From NCBI GenBank assembly GCA_919902985.1, contig CAKKSC010000022.1, positions 3,436-67,435 of the forward strand: a stretch of 64,000 bases of DNA, read 5' to 3'. The DNA is from Desulfuromonadales bacterium. Its GTDB lineage: Bacteria > Desulfobacterota > JAENJC01. A program made the position numbers and the translations under genes. Shown piece by piece: positions 37,680 through 48,303 of this stretch. The number at the start of each line of letters is the position of its first letter. Positions within the stretch are counted from its first letter, which is position 1. The notes beneath the pieces are model-generated. The model made no database searches. It worked only from the letters and a program-made list of their open reading frames with translations, and was not told the DNA's origin.

Positions 37680-40091
37680 GTGGAAGAAAAGGAAACAGAA
37701 GCTGAAGAGTTAAAAATACCTGACACATTGCCGCTTCTTCCAGTCAGGGATATAGTGGTGTTCCCGTACATGATACTCCCTCTCTTCATAGGGAGGGAGA
37801 TGTCCATAAAGGCGGTAGATGATGCCCTTGCTAAGGACCGGCTGATTCTCCTTGTTGCCCAAAAGGATATAAGCGACGAGGACCCCAAGCCGGAAGGAAT
37901 CCATAAAGTCGGGACTGTGGCAATGATAATGAGGATGCTGAAGCTGCCCGACGGAAGGGTAAAAATCCTGGTGCAAGGTCTGACCAAGGCTGCAATAGAT
38001 GAATACGTCCAGTTGAGCCCCACGTATCTTGTTAAGCTGACCAAGATGAAAGAGCCGCCAATCCCGGAGATCTCTCTGGAAACCGAGGCCCTGATGAGGG
38101 CAGTCAAGGAGCAGGTTGGGAAGATAATATCAATGGGGAAGGTACTTTCCCCTGACGTTATCCTGATCCTGGACAGTATAAACGACCCAGGCAGGCTGGC
38201 AGACCTTGTAGCCTCCAACCTTGGGTTGAAGATAGAGGAATCCCAGCAGATCCTTGAGATCGTTGATCCCCTTGAACGCCTTAACAAGATAAATGAGTTT
38301 TTGAACAGGGAGGTCCAACTCCTTACAATGCAGGTCAAGATCCAGTCCCAGGCAAGAGAGGAGATGACTAAGACCCAGAGGGAGTACTATCTCAGGGAGC
38401 AGCTAAGGGCTATCCAGTCTGAACTGGGCGAGATTGATGAAAAGGCCGAGGAAATCACTGACCTCAAGGAGAAGATAAAGGCCGCGAAGATGCCTGAAGA
38501 GGTCGAAAAGGAGTCTAACAAGCAGCTAAAGAGGCTTGAACAGATGCATCCAGATGCTGCTGAATCGGGTGTGATAAGGACATATATAGAATGGCTTACG
38601 GAGCTCCCGTGGAGCGTAGCGACCCAGGACAACCTTGACCTGAAGGCCGCCCAATCGGTGCTGGATGAGGACCACTATGACCTTGAGAAGGTAAAGGAGA
38701 GGATAGTCGAATACCTTGGAGTCAGAAAACTTAAGGAAAAGATGAAGGGGCCGATCCTCTGCTTTGTGGGTCCTCCCGGCGTCGGGAAGACATCTTTGGG
38801 AAAATCTATTGCAAGGGCGCTGGGAAGGAAATTTTTAAGAGTATCACTTGGCGGTATGAGGGACGAGGCGGAGATAAGGGGGCATAGAAGGACATACGTA
38901 GGGGCCCTTCCCGGAAGGATAATCCAGGGGATAAAGCAGGCCGGCACCAATAATCCGATATTCATGCTGGATGAGATAGACAAGGTAGGGACTGACTGGA
39001 GAGGAGACCCATCATCAGCCCTTCTGGAGGTGCTGGATCCGGAGCAGAACTTTGCCTTCAGCGACCACTATCTTAACCTGCCTTTTGACCTCTCCAATGT
39101 GATGTTTATTACGACAGCAAACCTGCTGGATCCTATCCCTCCTGCTCTTAGGGACAGAATGGAGGTAATATCTCTTTCCGGTTATACCGAGGAGGAGAAG
39201 GTAAAGATAGCAAAAAAGTACCTCATCCCGAGACAGGTGGAGGAAAACGGTCTGAAGGCTGAGAATATAGACATTACAGACGAAGGACTCAGGATGATCA
39301 TTTCCCACTATACAAGGGAAGCAGGACTCAGGAATCTCGAAAGAGAGATTGCCGGCGTATGCCGCAAGGTGGCAAGGAGGATAGCCGAGGGGCAGAAAGA
39401 CGTTACTAAGATCACTGCAGCCAATATTCACCGCTTTCTTGGGGTGCCCAAGATACTGCCTGAGGCAGAGCAGGAGAAGAGTGAGGTCGGAGTTGCCACA
39501 GGTCTTGCCTGGACCGAGGCAGGAGGCGAGATCCTTTATATAGAGACTTCCATACTCAAGGGAAAGGGAAGCCTTATCCTTACCGGACATCTGGGAGATG
39601 TGATGAAGGAATCGGCTCAGGCTGCACTCAGTTATGCCAGGTCGAAGGCCATGGATTTCGATATCCCTGAAGACTTCTATGAAAAGAACGATATCCATAT
39701 ACACGTTCCTGCCGGCGCTATTCCAAAAGACGGGCCTTCGGCAGGGGTCACAATGGCCACATCTCTTATTTCCGCATTGACAAAGATACCTGTCAGCAAG
39801 GATGTGGCGATGACTGGAGAGATAACCTTGAGGGGAAGGGTTCTCCCTATCGGAGGGTTGAAGGAAAAGGCCCTGGCTGCACTGATGGCTGGGATAAAGA
39901 CCGTAATAATCCCCAGCAGGAACAAGAAGGACCTTGAGGATATTCCAAAGGAGCTGCGGAAGAAGATAACCTTCATTTTTGCCGACCATATAGATGAAAT
40001 ACTTAAAGTTGCCTTGGTGAAGAAGAAGGATGCCAGTAAGAAGCCGAATAGGCGTCCGGTAAAGACTGTCGGCAGGCGGTCAAGAGCATAA
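37680..40091 (+). CDS. lon: ATP-dependent Lon protease
   Basis: Lon N-domain, AAA+ module GPPGVGKTS, protease domain with PKDGPSAG; GTG start. Confidence 0.95.
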   Translation: MEEKETEAEELKIPDTLPLLPVRDIVVFPYMILPLFIGREMSIKAVDDALAKDRLILLVAQKDISDEDPKPEGIHKVGTVAMIMRMLKLPDGRVKILVQGLTKAAIDEYVQLSPTYLVKLTKMKEPPIPEISLETEALMRAVKEQVGKIISMGKVLSPDVILILDSINDPGRLADLVASNLGLKIEESQQILEIVDPLERLNKINEFLNREVQLLTMQVKIQSQAREEMTKTQREYYLREQLRAIQSELGEIDEKAEEITDLKEKIKAAKMPEEVEKESNKQLKRLEQMHPDAAESGVIRTYIEWLTELPWSVATQDNLDLKAAQSVLDEDHYDLEKVKERIVEYLGVRKLKEKMKGPILCFVGPPGVGKTSLGKSIARALGRKFLRVSLGGMRDEAEIRGHRRTYVGALPGRIIQGIKQAGTNNPIFMLDEIDKVGTDWRGDPSSALLEVLDPEQNFAFSDHYLNLPFDLSNVMFITTANLLDPIPPALRDRMEVISLSGYTEEEKVKIAKKYLIPRQVEENGLKAENIDITDEGLRMIISHYTREAGLRNLEREIAGVCRKVARRIAEGQKDVTKITAANIHRFLGVPKILPEAEQEKSEVGVATGLAWTEAGGEILYIETSILKGKGSLILTGHLGDVMKESAQAALSYARSKAMDFDIPEDFYEKNDIHIHVPAGAIPKDGPSAGVTMATSLISALTKIPVSKDVAMTGEITLRGRVLPIGGLKEKALAALMAGIKTVIIPSRNKKDLEDIPKELRKKITFIFADHIDEILKVALVKKKDASKKPNRRPVKTVGRRSRA

Positions 40092-40108
40092 AAGTGAAGG
40101 CGAAGAGG

Positions 40109-40137
40109 TAAAAGATAAAAGATAAAAGATAAAAGAT
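40109..40137. repeat. tandem heptamer (AAAAGAT)x4 in AT-rich intergenic region
   Basis: taaaagataaaagataaaagataaaagat directly after the lon stop, followed by ttttaacc repeats. Confidence 0.6.
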
Positions 40138-40234
40138 TTTAAACCTTTCGCCTTTTGCCTTTAACCTTTTAACCTGTTATTCAAGGAGAAACCATCTGTT
40201 AACGGAACTAAAAAAGGGCGGCCTTCAGAGAAAG

Positions 40235-43200
40235 ATGTTTATTCTGATGCTGACGGTAGGTATCCTTCCCGGGCTTGTTGGTATAGCCTTTATATCTTTG
40301 ATGGGTGAAAAGCTCATGCTGCAGTCTATAGGCCCTGGGTTGGTAGGGACTGCGGAAAAGGCGGCATCTGAAGTTGATACAATTTTGGGCCTTCGTAACA
40401 GGGAGGCCGGCGAGCTCGGTAAAAATAAAGCACTTCTGGAGCTTATCAGGAATAATAAAGACAGGTATAATTCGAAGAATGAAAATAAGATACTGGAAGA
40501 GCTTGAGGCGCTCTGGAAATCTGCTGACCCTGCCCTCCTCAAGGCTACCCTTGAAAATGAGGCTTCCTTAATCCTTAGAGGGAGAGTCGACAAAGAGCCT
40601 GATACATTTTGCCACTTTATAGTTACTGATTCAAAAGGAGGTCTTATAGCAGCCTCCCATCCTGTCCCCAACTTTTCTTATTCAGGGGAGGTTTGGTGGA
40701 AAGAGGCTATGGGGGGAGGATCATATTTGAAGCCCCCCCACATGTGTTCTGCAGGCAGAGGAAATTACAACTTGTTTTTTGCCGTGCCAATAATGGAATC
40801 CGAAGGCAAAGAGCCTCTTGGCGTGTTGAAAGTGGAGTTCCAGGTGGGCAAGATCCTTGCCCCATTGAAAAACTTCCGGTATGGTAAAACCGGGCACTTA
40901 CAGATTATTGACTCATCAGGTCTTGTGTTTGCGGAGGCGCTTGGCGTTGAGAATGCCTCTTTCCCCCAATCACTTCTAAAGACTATAAATCAGACAAAGA
41001 CGGGATGGACTATCTCAGTCGATGAGCATGGCGTGAAGTCGGCAATAGCCTTTGCCCCTATAAAGGCACAGGATTGGGACGTTATCCTTACTCAGAATAT
41101 GGAGGAAATATACGCACCTCTGAAGACCCTCGCATGGGGAACAGCCGTCCCCGGTTTATTCACCGTTATACTACTGGCTCTGATTTGGTTTAACATCTCA
41201 AAAAGAATGATTATTAAACCTATCTCACATCTGAGTGAAGGGGCCCACCTTATAGGTCACGGTTACCTGGATTACAGACTCAACATAAAGACAGGAGATG
41301 AGCTTGAAAGCCTTGCTAATGAATTCAATACCATGGCGGGAAATCTCAGCGCATCCCAGGAAAAGCTTAAGATGTGGAATGAGGAGCTTAGGGAAGAAGT
41401 AATGAGGCGGACGGCCGAGCTGGAAGAGGCAAATGAGGAATTAAAGGAAAGCAAAGAGGATATGGAAGACTCCCTCCAGCAGGTGATGGGCTTAAATGAG
41501 GAACTCAAGGACAGCAGAGTGGAGCTGAATAAGAAAAATGCTGACCTTGGCAGCGCCAACCTCAAACTGAGAGAGATGGACAAGCTAAAATCGGAGTTCC
41601 TTGCCAATATGTCCCACGAGCTAAGAACACCTCTTACGGCAATCATTGGGTTCTCTGAGCTTCTGGTAGACGGGGTAATGGGGGACATGAACGAGGAACA
41701 GGCCGGTTGTGTGGGAGACATACTAACCAGCGGTCAGCACCTGCTTAAGCTGATTAACGATATATTGGACCTCTCAAAGATAGAGGCAGGGAAGATGGAG
41801 CTGCACCACGAGACATTTGACCTGGGAGCGACGATATCGTTCATCAGAAAAACGACGGCGGCCCTGATTGAAGAGAAAAAGCAGATATTAAAGATCGAAG
41901 TGTCCGAAGGAATCCCAGATATCTATGCCGACAAGGGGAAGATAAAACAACTCTTACTCAACCTGGTAGGGAATGCCATAAAATTTACACCGGAAGGAGG
42001 GACTATTACTATAGGTGCGGAGTTCAAGGATAGCTATTTTGTGCTTTCAGTATCGGACACAGGGATAGGAATAAAACCGGAAGACAGGGAGAGGATATTC
42101 CAGGAGTTTCAGCAGGGAGAAGGTTCCATATCCAGGGAGTATGAAGGCACTGGCCTTGGTCTCACCTTGACCAGGAAGTTTGCAGAGATGCACGGCGGTA
42201 TCCTGGAGCTGGAAAGCGAGGTGGGAAAAGGGAGCAGGTTCACGGCTTATATCCCGGTTATGCTTGAAAAAAGGTCTTCATTGAGAAAAGAGGAGATTAG
42301 TCCGGTGGAGGAATCCAGGGAAACCAAAGAGATGACAAAACCTTCAGCAGGGCAGGAGACTCAGCCCCTTATCCTTGTGGTGGAAGACGACCCGAAGCTG
42401 TCCAAACTTCTCTCTGTTTATCTGACTCAGTCTGGATACAGAGTAGAAGCTGCAACGGATGGCGATGAGGCGATAAAAAAGGCCGCTATACTCCAGCCGT
42501 TCGCCATCACCCTTGACATCATGCTCCCTAAAAAGGATGGATGGGAGGTCATACAGGAGTTAAAGGCAATTCCTGAGACAAGAGATATACCAGTGATCAT
42601 AGTTTCCATGGTGGAAAATCAGGACCTCGGTTTCTCTCTTGGTGCGCTTGATTATCTTGTAAAACCAGTTACCAGGGAGGCCCTTCTTGGAAGTCTCGAG
42701 AGATACAACGATAAGACAAGGTTCACAAAGGGGGCTATAAATATTCTGGTTGTGGATGATGACCCGAAGATATTGGAATTCCTTTCTACCATCCTGACGA
42801 GGGATGGTTACCATGTAAAATCGGCTTCAGGGGGGGAGGAAGGGCTTCGAATGGCCATTGAACAGTTGCCCGACCTTATCATCCTTGATCTGATGATGCC
42901 AAAGGTCAGTGGGCTTGATGTCGTAAGAGAGCTTAAGAAGCATCCTGACGCCAAAGAGATACCGGTCCTTGTCCTCACTGCAAAAGACCTGACAAAGGAG
43001 GAGAAGGACACCCTCCTGGCGGATGTCGCAAAGGTTGTCCAGAAGGGAGAGCTGTCTAAGGAAGATCTAATAGATGAGATACGGAGGATCGAGGTACTCC
43101 ATCCTGGCAGGGCTGGGCTGTTCGACCATGTAACTGGATTGCTTAACCGCAGATACTTCATAAGCCGGCTGTCTCACGAGATCAACAGGTCTCACAGGTA

Positions 43201-43621
43201 CGGCAGGGACCTTTCCATATCGCTCATAGACGTAGACCATTTTGGGCACTACAACGAGGTAAACGGCTATTTGCTTGGCGATACGCTGCTTAAGGATATT
43301 GCCATGCTCCTCAATAAAAACCTGAGAAAGGCCGACATTGCCATGCGCTACACCGGAGGAAAATTTGCTGTTATATTCCCTGAAACTGGGAAGAATGCCG
43401 CAATGGCGGTTGCCGGTAAACTCTGCACCCTTATAGAGGTGTATCCATTCCCAAAGAGGGAGAATCAGCCTCTTGGAAGAGTGACGATAAGCATATCCCT
43501 TGCGACATATCCAGCCGACGGTATTGAAACCGGAGAGTTGATAAAAAGGCTGGAAAACGCCATAGAAAAGACGGTAAAAGTGGGTGGGAACAGGGCTATG
43601 GATGTGGGAGAGGCACTATGA
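40235..43621 (+). CDS. hybrid sensor histidine kinase (Cache-like sensor, HAMP, HisKA, HATPase, 2x REC, degenerate GGDEF)
   Basis: H-box SHELRTPL, HATPase GTGLGLTL, two receiver domains, and a C-terminal GGDEF-like domain carrying YTGGKFAVIF in place of GG(D/E)EF. Confidence 0.85.
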   Translation: MFILMLTVGILPGLVGIAFISLMGEKLMLQSIGPGLVGTAEKAASEVDTILGLRNREAGELGKNKALLELIRNNKDRYNSKNENKILEELEALWKSADPALLKATLENEASLILRGRVDKEPDTFCHFIVTDSKGGLIAASHPVPNFSYSGEVWWKEAMGGGSYLKPPHMCSAGRGNYNLFFAVPIMESEGKEPLGVLKVEFQVGKILAPLKNFRYGKTGHLQIIDSSGLVFAEALGVENASFPQSLLKTINQTKTGWTISVDEHGVKSAIAFAPIKAQDWDVILTQNMEEIYAPLKTLAWGTAVPGLFTVILLALIWFNISKRMIIKPISHLSEGAHLIGHGYLDYRLNIKTGDELESLANEFNTMAGNLSASQEKLKMWNEELREEVMRRTAELEEANEELKESKEDMEDSLQQVMGLNEELKDSRVELNKKNADLGSANLKLREMDKLKSEFLANMSHELRTPLTAIIGFSELLVDGVMGDMNEEQAGCVGDILTSGQHLLKLINDILDLSKIEAGKMELHHETFDLGATISFIRKTTAALIEEKKQILKIEVSEGIPDIYADKGKIKQLLLNLVGNAIKFTPEGGTITIGAEFKDSYFVLSVSDTGIGIKPEDRERIFQEFQQGEGSISREYEGTGLGLTLTRKFAEMHGGILELESEVGKGSRFTAYIPVMLEKRSSLRKEEISPVEESRETKEMTKPSAGQETQPLILVVEDDPKLSKLLSVYLTQSGYRVEAATDGDEAIKKAAILQPFAITLDIMLPKKDGWEVIQELKAIPETRDIPVIIVSMVENQDLGFSLGALDYLVKPVTREALLGSLERYNDKTRFTKGAINILVVDDDPKILEFLSTILTRDGYHVKSASGGEEGLRMAIEQLPDLIILDLMMPKVSGLDVVRELKKHPDAKEIPVLVLTAKDLTKEEKDTLLADVAKVVQKGELSKEDLIDEIRRIEVLHPGRAGLFDHVTGLLNRRYFISRLSHEINRSHRYGRDLSISLIDVDHFGHYNEVNGYLLGDTLLKDIAMLLNKNLRKADIAMRYTGGKFAVIFPETGKNAAMAVAGKLCTLIEVYPFPKRENQPLGRVTISISLATYPADGIETGELIKRLENAIEKTVKVGGNRAMDVGEAL

Positions 43622-44010
43622 ACAAGATCCTTATTGTCGAGGACAACGAGATGAACCTGAAGCTTATCAGGACCGTGCTGAAGGCAAAAGGATTTCTGTT
43701 AGCGGAGGCCAGGGACGGAGAAGAGGCCCTGAAAATGGCAGTCGCTGAGAGGCCGGACATAATCCTTATTGACATCCAGATCCCAAAGATAGACGGTCTT
43801 GAAGTAACCAGAAGGATTAGGGCAATAGATGACCTTAAAGATAGACAGATAATAGCTATTACAGCCCATGCTATGGAGGGAGACAGGAATAAGATCCTTG
43901 AGGCGGGGTGTGATGGCTACATAGCAAAACCAATAAACACAAGAACCTTCATTGACGAGATTGAAGCGATCTTAAAACAGAAGGATGAAAGGCTGAAGGA
44001 TGAGGGCTGA
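43618..44010 (+). CDS. single-domain response regulator (REC)
   Basis: ILIVEDNEMN...LIDIQIPKIDG...KP receiver motifs; start overlaps the HK stop. Confidence 0.8.
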   Translation: MNKILIVEDNEMNLKLIRTVLKAKGFLLAEARDGEEALKMAVAERPDIILIDIQIPKIDGLEVTRRIRAIDDLKDRQIIAITAHAMEGDRNKILEAGCDGYIAKPINTRTFIDEIEAILKQKDERLKDEG

Positions 44011-45079
44011 AGGCATCCCACATCCCCCGTCCTTACGGGACATCGGCGAATTCGGCCTGATTAAGAGGATTGCACGGAAGGCAAAGAGAAAAGATACATC
44101 CGTCCTTATTGGGATCGGTGATGACGCGGCGGTGCTTACCCCCCCCATCTCCCCCTTATTAAGGGGGGGCGAAGGGGGGGTGGCGCCCCTACTGGTAACA
44201 ACAGATTCGCTCATAGAGGATGTGCATTTCAGACGGGATTATCAGCCGGAAGCCATAGGATGGAAGGCCCTGGCAGTAAATATAAGCGATATTGCCGCAA
44301 TGGGGGGAGTCCCAGAGCATTACCTCCTTTCGCTTGGGGTCCCGGAAGGGATATCAATCGAGTATATAGACCGTTTTGTTAGGGGTATGACTGAAGCAGC
44401 TGAGGAATATGGGCTCTCCATGATCGGGGGGGACACCACCTCATCTCCTGACAAGTTTTATATATCCGTTACCGTATTGGGGAAGGGAAGCGAGACCCTC
44501 TTACTAAGGAAAGGTGCAAGGGCTGGAGATGTTATATTTGTCACAGGGACGTTAGGGGATTCGGCGCTGGGGCTTAAGATATTAGAAGATAAGAAGGTAA
44601 GCATTTGGGAAGATGAACGTTTCTCAACCGCTCAACCTCTCAACCGCTCAACCTCTCAACTCATAAACCGCCATCTCAGGCCCACTCCAAGGGTCAAGGA
44701 AGGCATACAACTGGCAAAGACCGGCATGGTTACATCTATGATAGATATAAGCGACGGACTCCTGTGTGACCTTGGGCATATATGCGAAGAGAGCAGGGTG
44801 GGGGCCAGGGTACGGATAGACGAGCTTCCACTGTCACAGGGATTCAATACCTTCTCGGCCAAATATGGCGGAATAGAGCTTGCCTTGAGCGGTGGTGAGG
44901 ATTACGAACTTTTGTTTACAGTGCGAAGCAAAGATGTTAAAAGCTTCATGAGTATGACCGAAGGGACAAAATATACGCCCATAGGCGAGGTCATGAAGGA
45001 CAGGGTAATTGAGGTAATTGGAGCCGATGGCAGCAGGTATCTTCCCAAAAGTAGCGGATACGAGCACTTCAGAAGGTAA
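44000..45079 (+). CDS. thiL: thiamine-monophosphate kinase with two internal repeat insertions
   Basis: GIGDDAAVL...LVTTDSLIEDVHF and GGDTTSSPD ThiL/AIR-synthase-like motifs; 359 aa (longer than usual). Confidence 0.8.
   Translation: MRAEGIPHPPSLRDIGEFGLIKRIARKAKRKDTSVLIGIGDDAAVLTPPISPLLRGGEGGVAPLLVTTDSLIEDVHFRRDYQPEAIGWKALAVNISDIAAMGGVPEHYLLSLGVPEGISIEYIDRFVRGMTEAAEEYGLSMIGGDTTSSPDKFYISVTVLGKGSETLLLRKGARAGDVIFVTGTLGDSALGLKILEDKKVSIWEDERFSTAQPLNRSTSQLINRHLRPTPRVKEGIQLAKTGMVTSMIDISDGLLCDLGHICEESRVGARVRIDELPLSQGFNTFSAKYGGIELALSGGEDYELLFTVRSKDVKSFMSMTEGTKYTPIGEVMKDRVIEVIGADGSRYLPKSSGYEHFRR
44139..44180 (+). repeat. GC-rich palindromic mini-element in-frame in thiL
   Basis: CCCCCCCCATCTCCCCCTTATTAAGGGGGGGCGAAGGGGGGG encoding PPISPLLRGGEGGV. 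Confidence 0.6.
44623..44661 (+). repeat. tandem repeat (CTCAACCGCTCAACCT)x2.4 inside thiL
   Basis: ctcaaccgctcaacctctcaaccgctcaacctctcaact encoding QPLNRSTSQLINR. Confidence 0.6.
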
Positions 45080-45965
45080 AGAGAGACTGCCGGCTATCTC
45101 TGACCTGGTTAGAGAGAGGCATGGGGCCTTGCTCCAGAGGGACACAGCGGCCATCCATTACTCGGAAGCCACCTTTAAGGCAATAAGGGATATCCTCTTT
45201 GAAAGAGAAGGGTTTGATTTAGATTCGTATAAAGACAAATGCATCCAGAGGAGGATATCATTCAGGATAAGGACATCAGGATGCAAGAACACTGAAGAGT
45301 ATATTGAACTCCTCAATAAGAAGGAAGAGGAGGTAAAGAAGCTTCTTAACGCCTTAACTATTAATGTAACGGAGTTTTTCAGGAACCAATCCACCTTTGA
45401 CAAGCTGAAAGATATCGTATTTCCTGACATATTTGCAGCAAATGGAGGGGGTAGAACGGTAAGGATATGGAGCGCCGGGTGCGCCAGCGGGGAAGAGCCT
45501 TATACCATTGCCATCATCCTGAAAGAGTTTTTCCCTGAAGAGTTAAAAAGATTCAACATAGAAATAACGGCAACCGATGTAGATGAAGGGGTTCTGAAAA
45601 AGGCCGCTGAAGGTCATTATCAAAGGGACAAGCTGGTCGGCATGGTTCCCGAGCTGAGGGTCAGGTTTTTTAAGGAAGATGGCGATAAGTACGGGCTTTC
45701 CAACGAGATAAAAAAAATGGTAACTTTCAGGAAAGAGGATATATTTCAGGAAAGACTGAACAGGGACAAAGACCTTATCATCTGCAGGAACCTGCTGATA
45801 TATTTTTCCAGAGAGAAACAGGAGTGGGTACTGAATGAATTCTGGAAAACCCTCAACCCCGGCGGATTTCTTATCCTTGGCAGGGCAGAGATACTGGTAG
45901 GAGAGAGCAGAAAACTGTTTTCAACCATATGCCCGAGAGAAAGGATATATAGAAAATCGTTTTGA
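45018..45965 (+). CDS. cheR: chemotaxis protein methyltransferase CheR
   Basis: CheR N-terminal helical domain plus SAM-MTase (RIWSAGCASGEEPYTIAI); start overlaps the thiL 3' end and is uncertain. Confidence 0.85.
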   Translation: MEPMAAGIFPKVADTSTSEGKERLPAISDLVRERHGALLQRDTAAIHYSEATFKAIRDILFEREGFDLDSYKDKCIQRRISFRIRTSGCKNTEEYIELLNKKEEEVKKLLNALTINVTEFFRNQSTFDKLKDIVFPDIFAANGGGRTVRIWSAGCASGEEPYTIAIILKEFFPEELKRFNIEITATDVDEGVLKKAAEGHYQRDKLVGMVPELRVRFFKEDGDKYGLSNEIKKMVTFRKEDIFQERLNRDKDLIICRNLLIYFSREKQEWVLNEFWKTLNPGGFLILGRAEILVGESRKLFSTICPRERIYRKSF

Positions 45966-46021
45966 AACTATTGTAGAGACGCCCAGCCGGGGCGTCTCTA
46001 CAATAATAAAGGAGGTTCATT

Positions 46022-47278
46022 ATGAGAGTGGAACTTGGTCAAAAGTTTATTATCGGATTCATACTGGTAATAGGGGCTGTGGTGATGGTCCCTTACCTGA
46101 TCGGCTTTCTCCAGATGGAGGGCTGGATAAACCAGCTTATTTCTACTTTGGCAGCCATTATTGTGGGGCTCACGATAGGAATATTCATGGCAAGGAGCTT
46201 TAGCAAGGACTTCAGGGAGATTACTTACTCCGCAGAGATGATAAGCAAGGGGGACCTGACTCATAAGATTCCCCCTTACAGTAAGGTGTTTCCGGATGAA
46301 ACTGCAGACATTGCTGACGCTATAAACAGGATGCTCTCAAACCTGCAGGATCTGGTCAGGCACATAAAAGAGGTGTCGGACAGGGTCTCTGAGGCAGCTC
46401 AGGGACTTTCTGCGACTGCCGAAGAGATGAACGCATCTACCGAGGAGATCGGTTCTACCATGGAGCATGTCTCAAAGGGGGCCGAGCAGCAGGTCGAGCT
46501 GGCGGAAAAGACATCAAGGCTTATAAAGGAGATGGCATCGTCCATAGAGCTTATAGCTATAAGCGCAAAAGATGCTGCGGATTCGGCGACTTCAACCAGC
46601 CATACAGCAGAAAATGGCGGGAATATGGCACGGGCTGCCATGGAAAAAATGAGAAAGGTGTTTGACAGTATAGATGATTCCAGGGTGTCCGTCATGAACC
46701 TCGGCGACAAGGTAGGTCAGATCGGGAAGATTGCCGATGTTATAACGAGGATCGCCCAACAGACCAACCTGTTGGCCCTGAACGCAACCATCGAAGCAGC
46801 CAGGGCCGGTGAATATGGAAGGGGATTTGCTGTGGTTGCAGAGGAGGTGCGCAAGCTTGCGGAGAGCACGGCCAACTCTGCTGAGGAGATCACTACTATC
46901 ATCGAGGAAGTAGAAAAGGAAAGCGGGAAGACACTGGGGTCTATGAAGGAAAGCACAAGGGAGATAGAGGCAGGGAAAGAGGTCATAAATACTACAACAA
47001 AATCGTTTGAGGATGTAGTAAGGATCGTCATGGAGACAACGATGAAGGTTAAGAAGATATCCGATCTATCCCAGAAAGGGACTGAGGGGGCAGAAAAGAT
47101 GGTCAAGGCCATAGATGAGATAGCAAAAGTGGCGGAAGACAATGCCGCGGCTACAGAGCAGATATCTGCAGCAACTGAGCAACAGACCGCCTCCATGGAG
47201 GAAATGGCAAGGGCAGCCCAGGAGCTGTCCGATACCTCCGAGCAACTGAAAGGCGTTGTATCAAGGTTCAGTGTATAG
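46022..47278 (+). CDS. methyl-accepting chemotaxis protein
   Basis: Two TM helices, HAMP, and the conserved MCP signalling domain ([35 protein letters not shown]). Confidence 0.85.
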   Translation: MRVELGQKFIIGFILVIGAVVMVPYLIGFLQMEGWINQLISTLAAIIVGLTIGIFMARSFSKDFREITYSAEMISKGDLTHKIPPYSKVFPDETADIADAINRMLSNLQDLVRHIKEVSDRVSEAAQGLSATAEEMNASTEEIGSTMEHVSKGAEQQVELAEKTSRLIKEMASSIELIAISAKDAADSATSTSHTAENGGNMARAAMEKMRKVFDSIDDSRVSVMNLGDKVGQIGKIADVITRIAQQTNLLALNATIEAARAGEYGRGFAVVAEEVRKLAESTANSAEEITTIIEEVEKESGKTLGSMKESTREIEAGKEVINTTTKSFEDVVRIVMETTMKVKKISDLSQKGTEGAEKMVKAIDEIAKVAEDNAAATEQISAATEQQTASMEEMARAAQELSDTSEQLKGVVSRFSV

Positions 47279-47285
47279 GGGACAT

Positions 47286-47717
47286 ATGCAGCAGGTAATG
47301 ACATTTCAGATTGGGAACGAGTTTTACGGCATTGATGTCGCAAAGGTGAGTGAGATTGTGGAGTTTACTCAACTGACGCCTTTACCCAAGGCCCCTGTAT
47401 GGATAAACGGGATATTGAACCATCATGGACGGATAGCAACCGTATTGAACCTCTCCACTTTTTTCGACTTCATTCCTACCAGTGAGAACAATTTAAGGAG
47501 GATTGCTGTAATAGACAATTCGTTAATGGATATTGGGGTCCTCCTGGAGGGGCATTTAGAAGTTATCTCTGAATGGGAAGCCAAGACAGAGATATCGGCT
47601 GATCCAGAATTTTTGAAAAGCAAATACGTCGCCAACGTACTTGTTTCCAGGGGTAGAGTCGTCAATCTGCTTGATACGGACAGACTCATAACTGACCTGG
47701 ATGGATATTTTGTGTAA
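47286..47717 (+). CDS. cheW: chemotaxis coupling protein CheW
   Basis: CheW-like domain (FQIGNEFYGIDVAKVSEIV...GRIATVLNL); ATG after AGGGGA. Confidence 0.85.
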   Translation: MQQVMTFQIGNEFYGIDVAKVSEIVEFTQLTPLPKAPVWINGILNHHGRIATVLNLSTFFDFIPTSENNLRRIAVIDNSLMDIGVLLEGHLEVISEWEAKTEISADPEFLKSKYVANVLVSRGRVVNLLDTDRLITDLDGYFV

Positions 47718-47761
47718 TAAAATTCACATGAGCCATAGGCTCACAAAGGAGCCTGAAAATT

Positions 47762-47875
47762 AACCCACCCTCACTTCAATCCTCTACCCACGTGGCATAA
47801 ATCATTGAGGGAGAGGAAACCTCTCTTATTCCCTCCCCTTCACAAGGGGAGGGTTAGGGTGAGGATGGGGTAAAT
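47762..47875. repeat. intergenic cluster of GC-rich hairpins related to the in-frame palindromic elements
   Basis: aacccaccctcacttcaatcctc ... GAGAGG-aaac-CCTCTC ... CCCTCCCCTT-caca-AGGGGAGGG ... gggttagggtgagg. Confidence 0.4.
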
Positions 47876-47907
47876 AGGGGATTTTCGGAGCAAAATAAGG
47901 AGGGAAT

Positions 47908-48279
47908 ATGTCTTATAAGGTACTTGTAGTTGATGACGCAGCCTTTATGAGGAACATGATCAAGGATGTCTTTGGCTCAATGCCCGGGTTTACAGTGATA
48001 GGGGAGGCTTCCAACGGCATAGAGGCGATAGAGAAATACAAGGAACTGCGGCCTGACCTGGTCACCATGGATATCGTGATGCCGCTCAAGAGCGGAATAG
48101 AAGCGGCCAGAGAGATAACCAACGCGGACCGTGAGGCCAGGATAATAATGTGCAGCGCCCTGGGGCAGGAAAGTCTTGTTATGGAGGCCATTGACGCCGG
48201 AGCCAGTGACTTTATAGTAAAGCCCTTCAAGGCAGAGAAGGTACAGGAAGTTGTAAGCAGGGTTCTTAGGATTAAATAA
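47908..48279 (+). CDS. cheY: chemotaxis response regulator CheY
   Basis: Single REC domain (VLVVDDAAFMR...VTMDIVMPLKSG...KP). Confidence 0.85.
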   Translation: MSYKVLVVDDAAFMRNMIKDVFGSMPGFTVIGEASNGIEAIEKYKELRPDLVTMDIVMPLKSGIEAAREITNADREARIIMCSALGQESLVMEAIDAGASDFIVKPFKAEKVQEVVSRVLRIK

Positions 48280-48303
48280 GGTGTAGAGGGGTCGTTTTTA
48301 TTT

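Noticed and set aside
37604-39989. Long minus-strand ORFs 37604..38338 and 39015..39989
   Set aside because: Antisense to lon, whose frame has unambiguous family motifs.
40109-40137. Tandem heptamer array as a CRISPR array
   Set aside because: The repeats are 7 nt with no spacers; no cas genes are nearby.
42990-43621. C-terminal GGDEF domain of the hybrid kinase as an active diguanylate cyclase
   Set aside because: The signature is TGGKF instead of GG(D/E)EF, so it is probably degenerate.
46717-47343. Minus-strand 208-aa ORF
   Set aside because: Antisense to the MCP gene; Ser/Ala-rich low-complexity translation.
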